This document shows positions 25,970 to 38,927 of a stretch of 64,000 nt of DNA, piece by piece. The stretch is from assembly GCF_001194135.2 (NCBI RefSeq), contig NC_068999.1, positions 1,473,113 through 1,537,112 of the forward strand, read 5' to 3'. The stretch's first letter is position 1. The number at the start of each line of letters is the position of its first letter. Position numbers and translations under genes: made by a program. Origin of the DNA: Octopus bimaculoides (lineage: Eukaryota). Below the pieces are notes generated by a model, which saw nothing but the letters and a program-made list of their open reading frames with translations, was not told the origin of the DNA and did no database searches.

Positions 25970-26429
25970 TGTGGGTGTGTTTGCAAACGAACAAACAAGC
26001 TCTTAATGTTCCACGTAGAGTTTATTTTGCCTTCATCTAGGAAACGATTCAAATTCTCATTAGTTAAATCTCACTGAATTTAGAAAACAAGACTCTCTTA
26101 ATCAATCGGAAGCCTGCTTGCAGTTAAAATGATTCCCTCAACTATTGTGTACGATTACTTCGCATTGCAAGATAAGTAAGTCTCGTTCTCATTGGTTGTT
26201 TCACATCAAGGGCTGCTGTTGGAAGATAGCTACTTCTGTTTGTTCAAAATCAGACGATGAATGCTAATGACTGTTAGGCACTATAAAGGCAAATTTCCTT
26301 AATAGGGAACCACATGGGTTCCTACTGAAGGATTATGTGCGGAAGCAGTGTCCCTAATTTTCAGTATACTCTCTCTGCGGAATCCATTGTTTCTGCTATA
26401 TATAAATATATTGGTTGGGGTGTTTCAAT

Positions 26430-26645
26430 TTCTAGACCTGATGGTGCGTTGTGTTCTTGAGCAAAACACTTCATCTCATGTTGCTCTACGATCAGCTGAC
26501 GTGTGATACATCACACACGTGTTCAGACAACGTCGATGATTTAATGGAAGGGATGAGCTAATGTACAGCACACACATTTGATGACTATAAACAAATTTGT
26601 GTAGATCGTTCGGAAAAAAACGCTGAACACTCATATGTCATCTAA
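26430..26645 (+). mobile_element. CORE-containing SINE (family D)
   Basis: gcgttgtgttcttgagcaaaacacttcatctcatgttgctc (CORE-like) followed by a tail shared with 9696-9780. Confidence 0.75.
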
Positions 26646-26693
26646 GACATCCATTACACACACACATATACGCACACACACACACACACATAC

Positions 26694-26724
<31 letters not shown>

Positions 26725-26896
26725 GTTATATATATATATATATATACGTGTGTTCGTGTGTAGTGTATGTACAGACAAGAGTGTCAGCATAGTACTCAAT
26801 ACCATGCAACGAGTGCGTTTTGTGGTTATTTTACCGACCACCACACTGACTAGGGTTAACACAAATACATATACACACCGGTGCACATGGACACAC

Positions 26897-26939
<43 letters not shown>

Positions 26940-27509
26940 ATTATATACACACAGTATATTTACACACAATATTATAATACTTAATAATAAATATACATAA
27001 AGGGAGAGAGAGAAAAGGAGAGGAACACGAATAGTCAGTGTGATAGTTAAAAAGAGAAACTGAACATAAATAGGTGGGATGTTAGCAAAGAATAAACGAA
27101 TAGAAGAATAGACCAGGAAGAATAAGCGTTTGTAGAAAGGATGAACTTTATTTGTTTCAGTTGAATAAGAGAACAAGAAGATAAAACGAAGATGAACAGA
27201 GACGGAACGGAATATATAAGACGTCTAACATATGACTTTGCCTTTCACTAAATATAATTAATTGCTATAAATAACCTATTAACGTTGTAATTAGAAAGAG
27301 CGGAATTTTCTTTCTTTTGCGGTTTCGCAATCAATCAGTCTTTCTTTGTGTGGGCGGAACGGAGAGCTTGGACGTATCTGAGTGTGTTTAGGTGTGAGTG
27401 TGTATTCAGGTGTGTGTATATGAATGTATGTATATATAAATATACTGTATATGTACGAGAGAGTAGGCATATTGTATATGTACACTCATCTGTATATACG
27501 TATGGGTAT

Positions 27510-27665
27510 TTTTATTCTATTATTTATTTCAGTCATTTGACTGCGGCCATACTGGAGTACCACCTTTAGTCGAACAAATCTACCCCAGTACTTATTCTTT
27601 GTAAGCTTAGTAATTATTTTATCGGTATCTTTGGCCGAACCGCTCTGTTACGGGGGCATGAACAC
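27510..27665 (-). mobile_element. SINE family B 3' half
   Basis: Reverse complement reads ...cccgtaacagagcggttcggccaaagataccgataaaataattactaagcttacaaagaataagtactggggtagatttgttcgactaaaggtggtactccagtatggccgcagtcaaatgactgaaa. Confidence 0.88.
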
Positions 27666-28521
27666 TTGAAAATATCCGTCTCTTTAACGATACGTACAGA
27701 AAAGTGCTTCCCATCCACCCCCACGCACACATAATAAATTAAGGACAGGTGTCAATCCATTACGCCCATTTCTAGCACAGGTTTCCCAAAAGGTGTCCAT
27801 TGTTGTTCTTCCTCTCACTACTACAGCAGCTGCTACGATATATATTAAATGACAAATCATTCTGTTTTTCTGGTCATATTGGGGTTCAGATAATTACACG
27901 TTCGCTAGGAGAATGTTAATGTGCCTTCACCTACACATGCCTCTATGCATGTGGGTATATCGGTTTTATTGTATTCTTGTAGTTCACTTGCTTGTCAATA
28001 TATTTTCCTGCTCATATACATGTAAAAACCACTTACTCATTCCCTAAATCTAGTTAAACCCAGTGGCGTCTAAACAAACACGTCCCTACAAATAATGTCT
28101 CGGATTTATTTAAACGCGAAGAAATGCGAAACTTATTTCAAATTACAAGATTACATACTATGTTATATATCTTACAGAGATATAGTAACACAGAACACAA
28201 TAGCACCACATGTTGCCATGATTTTCCCATTTAATACGTGAAAAAAATGGCGGTAAAGTTAATTAAATCGCTGCATTCTTGTACGAGAACTGATTAACAA
28301 ATCTCGATGGTTGTAAGGTGGAGAAATCAGTTATTTCTTTTTTTAGTGTTATTATTCATAGTTAACTGCTTATGTGATTCGAGTGCACTGTAATTATATC
28401 GCTGTAGGTGTAATAGGAACTTCACGTTATCGATTGAAATACGAAAAGAAGCAGGACGGAGAAAAAACTCGTGATAACTGGATGAGGAAATAAATGTGTA
28501 AATGTGGAATTAGGGAGGTGG

Positions 28522-28690
28522 ATATCGGGGTGTGTATGTATGTATGTATGTATGTATGTAGGTAGGTAGGTAGGTAGGTAGGTAGATAGGTAGGTAGGTA
28601 TGTGGGTAGGCAGGTAGAAAGGTAGGAAGGTTGGTAGGTAGAAAGGTAGGAAGGTAGGTATGTATATGGATATGTAGGTAGGTAGTTGGG
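28522..28690. repeat. (TATG)n grading into degenerate (TAGG)n tetranucleotide repeat
   Basis: Direct reading of the sequence. Confidence 0.93.
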
Positions 28691-28958
28691 TCGGTTATTG
28701 GGTACATAAATAATACACCATTTATGTATCTATATGTATGTACGTATGTACTATGTACCCACATGTGCCTACGCGCATAGGTTCATGCAGGTGAAGGTCG
28801 ATTCATATGAAAAAGCAAATGAACAAAATAATACGACCATTTGTTTATCGGGAAATTTTTTTATGCTAATGAGTATTTCTGCTGTTTTCCAGTAATTTTA
28901 CAAAGAAAAAGACGAGTGATTGCAATATCCTGCTTTCACTTACACACAATCGTTTCAA

Positions 28959-29160
28959 AATTTTAGCACAAGGTCAGCAATTTCGGAGGGAGAGGATAAG
29001 TCGATTACAGCGACCCCAGTGTTCAACTCGTACTTATTTTATTGACCTGAAAGGACGCAAGTCTAAGTCGACCTTGGCGTAATCTTAACTCAGAACGTAA
29101 AGCCGGAAAAGACACTAGTGAAAGTTTTGTCCGGCTTGCTAACTAATCTGCCAGGTTGCT
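28959..29160 (-). mobile_element. SINE family A, full length, diverged
   Basis: gcacaaggtcagcaatttc...agtcgattacagcgaccccagtg...gtacttattttattgacc...agtcgaccttggcgtaatcttaactcagaacgtaaag...tctgccag. Confidence 0.88.
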
Positions 29161-29370
29161 GCTCTCAAATGGCTCGAAATGCGAAATGGCAGCATTATAT
29201 GACAAATGAATTGCATTTATGGAGACCTGACGAAAATTAGCGAGAAGATCACACAGAGACGGCTGCGGTTATTTGACCACTTACGATTAGAGGCTGAGAA
29301 GGGAAGCAGGTAGAATTTGTTGCCGTAATAATAAGTACTATTCCGAAGGTCTGATTTTCCCGTTTCCAGT

Positions 29371-30663
29371 AAGGGCTGGTGGGGGCACAATGAGGAAACA
29401 TTTACTTCATTTTTAACTTTGAGGAAGGAATATTTTTATAGATATTAACTATCTAACAAAAACTACGTCAGCTCAGCAAATTACCTTCTCTAAATGCATT
29501 AAAAATCACTACAACATATTCAGAACACCAATTCAGAAAATTATTTCCGTTCTCTTATAAAAAACAAATTTAGATGAGTCAAAATGAGTATGGCAAGGTA
29601 AGGTAAATTTACCTCTTCAATTCTCCTGAATTACATTTGAAAAATAACTCATACACATCAATATCGAGATGAAATGAAACGGAATATGAAATTAACAAAA
29701 CTTGACTAAATCAAAAAAATCAACAGAAAATATTCTCCGAGGCTTCTTCAAAATCTGCTGAAATGGTTTTCTACAGAATTCTAGTTTAAGCATCTCATAT
29801 AACCCCTCATAACTTTTGAATGTTTTGGCATTCTCAGAACACACGAGAATTCATACAACTATAAAAAAAATTGTTTTCAATTTTCCGTTTTTGTCATTTT
29901 TTATCACAGACAGTCCAAAATTTTTACTTCAATCCTAGCAATAGACTATTAAACATGTTTATGGGGAGAAAGATATAAAAAAAAAATCGCCATGTCAGAA
30001 TGGAAAAGATACAAGGAGAGTATCAGGTGGTCGTGAGATGTGCTAAAGATAACAGCTACATAGCCCTTAAATCAGACACAAAAACTTCGTTTTTTTTTCA
30101 AAAATAGTTGTACGAAATCCTATGTACAGAATACAAATTCGCAAAACTTTCCAGAAAATTGCTAAAACTAGAAATATTTATGAGATGTTATGTGGAGTGC
30201 TTAAAGCAGAATTCCACCAGGTTCTCTTCCTGATACATTTATGCTACCTGAAGTTAAAGAAAAGAGATTAGTGAAGTTCGTCATTACTCATTTTGCCCCA
30301 GTTTGGACATCAGTTTTTGAAAATTGAAAATTATCAAATTAGACATTTGTGTGGGGGAAAATTAACTTGAAACCCAACAAAGGAAATAATTCGGATTGCT
30401 GAACATCCATAATTATCTAGATATTTTATTAGCCCCCCACAATTACATATGGGACAAATTTAAGGGAAAATTTCTTGAAAATAAAGTACGTGATGGTTTC
30501 AAACTGATTCAACTGTAATAGCAACAATGGTGCCCGATTTTTACTCCGAAAGATGATGCAAAAGTACAAAATGGTGACGCAATACTTGCAATGTAATGTT
30601 TTCAGATAAGTAATGAGAAAAGAATGAGAAATCGTTAATAACTCATTTTGCCCCACTTCCCTG
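29371..30663. mobile_element. Probable non-autonomous DNA transposon (Tc1/mariner-like ends)
   Basis: Left aagggctggtgggggcacaatgag. Right ctcattttgccccacttccctg|ta, whose reverse complement is ta|cagggaagtggggcaaaatgag. An internal copy of actcattttgcccca lies near 30286. No transposase recognised, and the left terminal repeat is imperfect. Confidence 0.42.
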
Positions 30664-33600
30664 TAGTTATTTCAAGCATTTAACAAAATGAAAATTATTG
30701 AAAAAGAAAGAAAAAGATTCGATTTAATGAAAATATGTGAACATGAAAGGATCTTTGTGGTTATCGTCAGTGTCTGAAATTTTAATTTAATTGTTTTCAA
30801 ATTTGGTATATAGATTAAGCTTTATATGCCAATTATGAAAAAGAAATTCATTTTCCCTCTAAATTCATAATTAAAAAGTTATTACCTTTAAAATTTGCAA
30901 AATTTAGGTAATTAGCCAATCAACAGTAGACATGACGTCATCATCAATGCGATATTGATTCTCAAGCAAATTTTTTTCCCATGTTTGGGGAACAGATTAT
31001 CTTGAGAAAAGGCCAAGTCAATCACTCACGTTGAAATCAAGAATTTGTGTGCTGCAGAAGCGTTCTTGGGCGTTTAATCTTGAAAGGCTTTCGTGGCCGC
31101 TTCAGCAATATTACTCTCCATTGATTGTGTGACCATTTAGAAGATAGTCAATAAACACGATATGCCTTTTGCATCCCCCAAAAACTAAAACCAGGTCCAT
31201 CGCCTTCCCTGCAGATGAAACAGTCAGATGCCAGATGATTGTTTTTCGTTACACCCTCTTTCTCTCTCTCTCTCTTTTTCTATTTCTCACTCTCTCTCCT
31301 TCTCTTTCTCTCTGTATATATATTTATATACATATACATATACACACACATACACACACACATACATACATACATATATATATAAATACACATACATACA
31401 TACATATGTATAATGCATATATGTTTAGGTGAAAATTGCGTTATAACTATTTATATATGTTTTAGTATGGTGTTGGAATGGCTGCCATGTTTTGGTGTTT
31501 TTGTAATGACGTATTTCGACGTTGCTCGTTTTCCTACTAATTATTTTACTAACAGTAGAGCTATCAGTAATTGAAATAGTCTTAGTAGCTGTGCTGGTGG
31601 TGGTGGTTTTGGTGGCGAGGGTGTTAGCGGCGCTAGTAACGAATAATATATGCTAATATTGCAAAATCTTGCTGTCGCCGAATGAAGTAAATTTGACACA
31701 AAGCGATTTGAAATTTAATAAACTCCAAGACTACGATACACACGCGCGCAGACGCTCACAAGCAAACACACACACACATACACATATGTCTACACACCTA
31801 CACACACATTTACATACATACTCACGCATAATAAAATTGGGAAATATAATAAAAGAAGGCTGTCAGCATAGGTGTAAGCACATGATGCCGCGCTTAGTAT
31901 TATATTTGCTTTTAATGAGATGGATGTATGGTTACTGTAAGGATATTTGGTGAATGAGGGCTCGACACGATGCCTCTTGATGTATGTTTCCAATGTTTAC
32001 ACTCAAAGTTCAAATCACACAGAGGCCAAATTTGATTTTGTCACTTCGGGTTTGAAAAACAAAAAACAGTCGATTACTAGTGCCAGTTCTTGGCCGTTTT
32101 TATTTACTCCCTCTCTCTTTCTCTCGTACTCTTTTTCGCTCCCTCTCTCTCTCACTCTCCCCCTCTCTCTCTTATTCTCTCGCTCGCTCTTTCTGAACTT
32201 AACTATTGAAGGGACTGTGTCCGTCCAGCTTATTTATGCATCCGAGAAATATATTCTCTTAGAATAAGGAACAGTTTGGAAGCAGCGCCTCTGCGCGCCC
32301 AGTAATAATTCTGCTTTCATCGAATGGAATGAAAAAGGGGCGACATTTACAAATGAATATTGATGTAATCACAGATGACTCGAATAAGAGTACTAAAGCC
32401 TGTTTTTGTTACGATGTACTGGTTTCAACCCATACACATACATACACACACACAACTTACACACTATATGCGTTATATATGTGTATCACCGTTTATGCGT
32501 ACGTGAGTATCTGTGCGCACGCGCAGGTTTGTAGGTTTGTGTGTGTGTGTGTGTGTCATATATGTATGTAAATGCGTAAGGAATACTTCTTAGTATAAAC
32601 GTGAGCTAAGTAAAAATGCGGAGAAGAAAAACCTATAGTTGATAGACTTATTCTAACTGAGATTCATCTCTCGTCGACTTATCTCTGAAAAAGAATGAAT
32701 AATCACCAGAAAAAGCATAAATATTAACTTTAGTTTTGCGGGGATACAGCAAGGATAGATTTAATCATTGCAGTAAATATGAACTCGGAATGTCAATACA
32801 ACAAACCAAATTACGATAAAGAATCAGAATAAATGCTTTAAGGTCTCCATTTTCCTACGCATTTTCTGTTGTCAAGAGTAGCTTTGGTAATGCTTTGATC
32901 TCAATCTCTCAGCATCACAATATTGGCAACTGGCATTTTATATATGGACAACTAGATAAGGATATTGGTTTCCAAATTATCTTCTGGCTCTATCTGTGTT
33001 GATCACAAATCCATAATCCCAATAATCATACATAAATGCTACATTTCTACACAATCGTCACAGTCACCATCATCACCACCACTTTCAGGCAGCTGTGAAA
33101 CATAACGAGTATGTTGTTACGGCGAAGCTGATTGGTGAATTCTGCTTTAGGCATCGGATACAATACAGCATCAGTGTTAGGATGTATCGCTTGTACATCG
33201 TATTTTCACGAGAATATTTATTGCTCACGTGTGGCTTGTATTATTTGCAAACAATTCATGAACCTATAACCTATAAGTGCTTGCGTTGTTGTTGTTATTG
33301 TTGTTGTTGTTACTGCTGCTGCTGCTGCTGCTGCTGTCGTTGTTGTGGTCGTTGTTTAGCTGCAGGTCATTGATTGCATCGTAAAGCATTTAAAACACGA
33401 CCCACTGGTCTTACGTTTTTGATTATTACAATATATGTTTTCCTCCATTTAAAAAAGACATCTTGTAAATATTAATAATTGTCACTAATAAGATATATAA
33501 ATATTTTTTTTTTCATATTGCAACAGATCACCTCAGAATAGATCCAAAGGAAAGATTCTGGTGTGTCGTTAAATAACAAATAAGTAAGTATATTCCATCA

Positions 33601-33932
33601 TATATATATATTGCATCAATGTATATACCACGCGTCCTTCTGCTAAAAAAGATAAATTGGAAGGTTTCGAAGGATCAGAGGGATAATTTTTTCCATCAAT
33701 GATAGTCAAGTAAAATCGATAGCTAAGCCTCTGATCTCAGCAATGCGGTAATGATAAATAAGAATAAAAAAGAATGGTAAACAAGGCATATACCTTATTG
33801 ATTTTTTACTTAAGTCAGATGGTATTACCCAATAGAATATTGATATTGGTTATATTATCTAAGAATTCTGTTATTATTAAGAAAGGAAATTTGTTTTATG
33901 TTTTTCTCCATTAGTAGAAGGAACAGCACAAA

Positions 33933-33988
<56 letters not shown>

Positions 33989-34262
33989 TGGCATTTCATC
34001 ACTTACGAGGACGAGTGTTTAAGTTGATCCAATTAATAGAATAGCCTGCTCATGAAATTAACGTGCAAGTGGTTGAATACTCCACAGACAGGCGTACCAT
34101 TACGACTGTTCTTCTGAAGGATATTCAGCGTGACACAGAATGTGGCAAGCCAGGCCTTTTGTACAACTTTTTGCCCGCTGAGTTGACTGCAGCACTATGA
34201 CATAAAATGTCTTGCTCAAGGATACAACGTGATTGAACTCACGACCTTCCAATCGACAGCCA
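33989..34262 (-). mobile_element. tRNA-derived SINE (family E)
   Basis: tggcatttcatcacttacgaggacgag...gcctgctcatgaaattaacgtgcaagtgg...gatattcagcgtgacacag, then tcttgctcaaggatacaacgtgattgaactcacgacc (reverse complement of B-box plus CORE-like). Resembles an octopus SINE I recall. Confidence 0.8.
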
Positions 34263-34398
34263 ACCATACACACACACACATACATGCACGCCAGAACTGA
34301 TACATGCACACAGACACACACACAAACATAAACGTGTGGCAGCACTGATACATACATTCATACACATACAAGTATATATCATCATTATCATCATCATC

Positions 34399-34461
<63 letters not shown>

Positions 34462-34519
34462 TTGTGTCTATTGCACGGATCAATGTCTCTCGTACTCTCC
34501 AGTCTGTTCGGTCCACCAA

Positions 34520-34645
34520 AGCACCAGGTTTGAAAAAACAAAAACGTAAGTCTTGGAGTCGATTCATTCGACTAAAAATTGTTCAAATCGGTGTCCCAGC
34601 ATGGCCAGAGTCTAAGGACTCTTAAATAAGTAAACGGTGAAAGAC
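34520..34645 (+). mobile_element. SINE family B 3' tail
   Basis: aagtcttggagtcgattcattcgactaaaaattgttcaaatcggtgtcccagcatggcc matches the reverse complement of 27510-27665. Confidence 0.8.
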
Positions 34646-36940
34646 AACTGAAAGGAACCGAAATGTGTAGCAAAAATATCTTTCGTTGTTGTCATATTTG
34701 GATATAATGTGGTTTCGTGAAGATAAAACAGTCCATATTGGTCCGATCTCGTAAACTGTGATATCAAACCAATCAATGCAGGGAAGGTGTAATTATTGCC
34801 ATCACAATCACAGTTTTACATTATGATCTCAGATAAAACAACCCGGAGCTAATGAAGGGTAAATGGTTAGACACGATTTGATCCTAGGTTTTATTGTTAT
34901 GGATACTATTAACATCATTGTTGCTGTTGTTGTTGTTGTTGTTAGGTAACGTTTTTATCGTTATTCAGTTCACGTTGCGCCGAGATCAATTTTATTTCAA
35001 GTAAAGCCGAACGGATGTTGATTAAATGTTGGAAATATGGCGTGCACACAAATTTTAACGACTTTAATTCCTGACAATTCTAATTTCAGTCTAAAGAAAC
35101 ATATAAAAACCAATCAATCGAGTAACTGCTACTAAATGTTGCCAGAGTAATAACTTCCAGCAGACGTTGATGAAGTAATAAACCATTTGGTTAATTATAT
35201 TCTCCATGAAAAACTCATGAAAAGCCCCGATATTGGAAACGAAGCATTCATAAACGTTGACCTTATGTCAGTTTCTATTATCCGTTTCATCCCTCTCAAC
35301 AATGAACAATATCTCAGCTATCAACACAACAGCAAATAAAATCATTGACAGTAGTCAACTATTTTTACAGGATATATTCCCAACCCAAACAATCACCGAG
35401 GGAAGACAATCATTGTCTGTTCAACAAGAGATAAAAAAAAAAAATGGTGGCGGGCGAAATCATTCATCATTCATTTTCCGTTTGTTTGCAAAATCTTTTA
35501 CTTTTTTTTATATCTTTTTTTCTTTTTGCTTATAGTGTATCAGCCATATTTAACATTCGAGAAATGTCATCGACTGTCACTTCCGGTATGGCTGATGATT
35601 GTTAGAGTGTTTGTATGTGAAGTGCTAAAGCAATTGAATTAACAGTTCAATGGATTTGTATTAATACCATCAGCAGCCTGTCGCCATTATGAAGTGAAAG
35701 AGTCACATTTTTCATTAACTCAGGTAGAAATAATAACCACGATGATGTATATGCGTCCCTGAATCGCCGCTGACAAACGCTATTATCTCTCAACCCACTC
35801 AACTAATATCTCTGATCGTCTGTTTCTTCTGTCGCTTGTTATTAAAATATTAACTGACAACTTGTGTGAGTTTATTAATTATTTTAATTTAGTAGAGTGA
35901 TGGTAGAAGATACAGGCGAATACAAGGGTCCTCAAAAGACAATGTATCACTTTGAGTGAGATGATGCTCAGCGATAAGACCTAACTAAACCACATTCACT
36001 GATTTTTGTATATTTTTGTAACATTCAGGAGAGTAAATTTGTTCATTCCAATATCGCTGCCTTTCTCTGGACCGAATAGTGACTAGTAAAAAGAAATGGG
36101 TTCTCTATAAAAATGTCAAACGCCGAAGACAGTGGGGGAGGGACAGAAGAAAAACCGGCGACCCAGGCTTAAGAAGGTATTCACCCACGTAAGGGGTTGT
36201 TATCTGTTTGATGGGATATGGAAGTTTATATGCAAACCATAATTGCCATTACTCGTTCGTTATGACCCGGGGTAGTGAGCATCAGGTCCCCATGAATGGG
36301 TTCAGTAGATTTTCTAAACGTTGAGGACGCTCCCGCCAGTTTGTTTAAGCCGTGTGCAAGTCAGAATAGTACCAGTCATTGTAACGTAAAATGGTCGACC
36401 GAGAGAGTGTCAAAGTGCTATATAAGCTGTTCTCACTTAACTCCAGTGACCTACAGATGCTTCGCTATCATTTCACTTCTTTGTCTATTTCGTATTTATG
36501 AATTCCTAAAGCGTGAAAAGTCATATCCGCCGAAATGCACAGATGAAAACCAGAACAATCTGATTGATGAAAATCAGAACAATGGGAGATGGTTATCGTT
36601 ACACAAAACGAGGCAATTATGTGCAAATCAACGATACAGGACACAATATTATGTAGAGTAAGAACAATATCAGCAGAATTTGCTTTGCTTTTTCGACTGT
36701 TCTGTGGTACAAATATTGGATAAACTCTATCAAAGCAAGTGAAAGGTTAGCTGCTGTTTGAAATGCAGCATCAACACGAAACTCAAACTAAACGATTGTC
36801 GGAGATTCTTGTTTTTATATAAGGACGAATTGTATGTGTGTGTTTATGGATTAGAAGCTTGTCTAAATTATCTGTATTAAATAGAATCTTATACTTTGAA
36901 TTCAGACTAATCGTGTCTTTGTTACATAATATTTCATCTT

Positions 36941-37149
36941 TCTTCTATCGGTTTTTTGTTTCAGTCATTAGACTGTGGCCATGCTGGAGTACAGCCTTGA
37001 AGAAATTTTAGTTGAATGAATCAACCCCTGCACGTATTATCTTTTTACAGAGCTTATCAATTATTGTAACGGACTCTTTTCCCAAACTGCTACGGGTAAG
37101 TAAACAGACCAACACAGGTATAAAACACACACACACATGCTCTCCCTCC

Positions 37150-37206
<57 letters not shown>

Positions 37207-37559
37207 ACACATATATAGTTCACATTTACAGAAAACAAACGACGAAGCCAGGTGTAAGAAAAACAAAAGGCATATTAGTTTAATACTCGGGGAAAATAAG
37301 AAAGTCTTTTACGTTTCGAGCCAACGCTCTTCAACAGAAAGGAATAAGAGGAAATGATAGAGAGAGAATGGAGGTCAACGGCGCAACATGGCGATATATA
37401 TATACACTCAAAGGGTTTCGTTTAGTTTCCGTCTACCATATCCACTCACAAGAATCCGAAGCTATAGTAGAAGACACCCAATGTTCCACGCTGTGGGACT
37501 GAACCTGGAAGTGTGTGGTTGGGGCATAAACTTCTTACCACACACCCATGGATGTGCCT
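36941..37559 (-). mobile_element. Complete SINE family B copy, split by an internal microsatellite and an insertion of about 200 bp
   Basis: Head and CORE at 37413-37559 (reverse complement aggcacatccatgggtgtgtggtaagaagttt...ggttcagtcccac). Tail at 36941-37137 (tttcagtcattagactgtggccatgctggag on +). Confidence 0.88.
37304..37342 (-). ncRNA. Degenerate minimal type I hammerhead-ribozyme-like motif
   Basis: Minus strand: c-cttt CTGTTGA A GAGC-gttg-GCTC GAAA CG TA aaag-ac. Stem I is 4 bp, stem II is 4 bp with a tetraloop, stem III is the palindrome ACGT; core A6 is changed to U. Confidence 0.55.
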
Positions 37560-38101
37560 ATATTTTTTCCATTTTTTTCACTAACGTATTACAAACTTCA
37601 AAATCAACTTTAAATGAACACGTGAACGTTTGCAGAAAAAAATGCCATACACACCTTTAGAATTGCTACAATGAAATCCAGCTGAAATAGGAATTTTACA
37701 AAATAGCGTCTATGTTCTCTTGTAATTGGAAACCTCTACGAAATTAATATAGGTTTTATCTCGAATACTCACGTCTCTTCATCACTGCAGACTCTTGTAT
37801 GGAACAACAAAGTGTTGCTTAACAATTGAAATACAAAATGAGAATAGGTAAAGAGATTTTCAGGATAAATCATTATGGCTTTAGATACGCCATTGTTTAT
37901 TAATGTAAAACTGGTAAATAAATCGAATGATGATGCAATATATACATTTGTGTGTGTGAGCGCGTGTCTCTGTGTGTGTGTCGATGTGTGTACGCATGTG
38001 TATATGTGTTTCTTCTTCTAGAGATTTCACCTCTTACAGAATTGCAATAGATTTTACGCGACGTTTATTCTAGAGAAGCAGTTAAGCAGATTATGTATGT
38101 C

Positions 38102-38150
<49 letters not shown>

Positions 38151-38927
38151 TGTGTGTGTGTGTATGTGTGTGTGTGTGTGTGTGTGCGTGCGTGCGTGCG
38201 TGTGCGTTCCTTATTTAGCTACTGGTCTCCTAGCAACAATTTTCCTCGTCAGAAATTTCATTCAGAGTAATCAGATACCAGTAATATACTACGTTCATCA
38301 CATGAGTCCTGCTACTCTCAATGCTAACTGTAAACTGATAGATTGTGGCAAAATAGCAGTACACACTCATACACACACACACACATACACTTGAAGAAAT
38401 GCATGCATAAATATAAACAAGCACGCACACACACATATGTATTAATATCTGTGGCCGTGTGTACATAGATGCATGTGTGTGCGTGCGTGTGTGTATGTGT
38501 GTGTGTACGGGTGTGTGTGTGGAAATGATATCTCAATACATACAACCTAAACCGCAAAAATCGATCACGTAGCAACACCATAAGCGAATCGATCATGAAA
38601 TCACTATACAGCAATAACAACCACAGCAACACAAGTCTCGTGAATTCCCATGTGCAATATCATTGTCAAAGCATTGTCTCGGATAATTTGTTATCAGGAT
38701 ATACTCAAACCACAGCTGCACTTCAGTTGACGAACAATAGCAATCGCTGCATGGCGATTCTCTTCGACAGGAAATGCATAATGACGCCATCTTTTGTCAA
38801 ATGCATGGCGTAGTTTTACGGCATGATACAACACGTTGTTCAATAATAGAAGCAATGGTGATGCTGATGCTGCTGACGTTGCCTGTTAGGATAATGGATG
38901 CATGATGGATGCATGATGGCATCTTTT

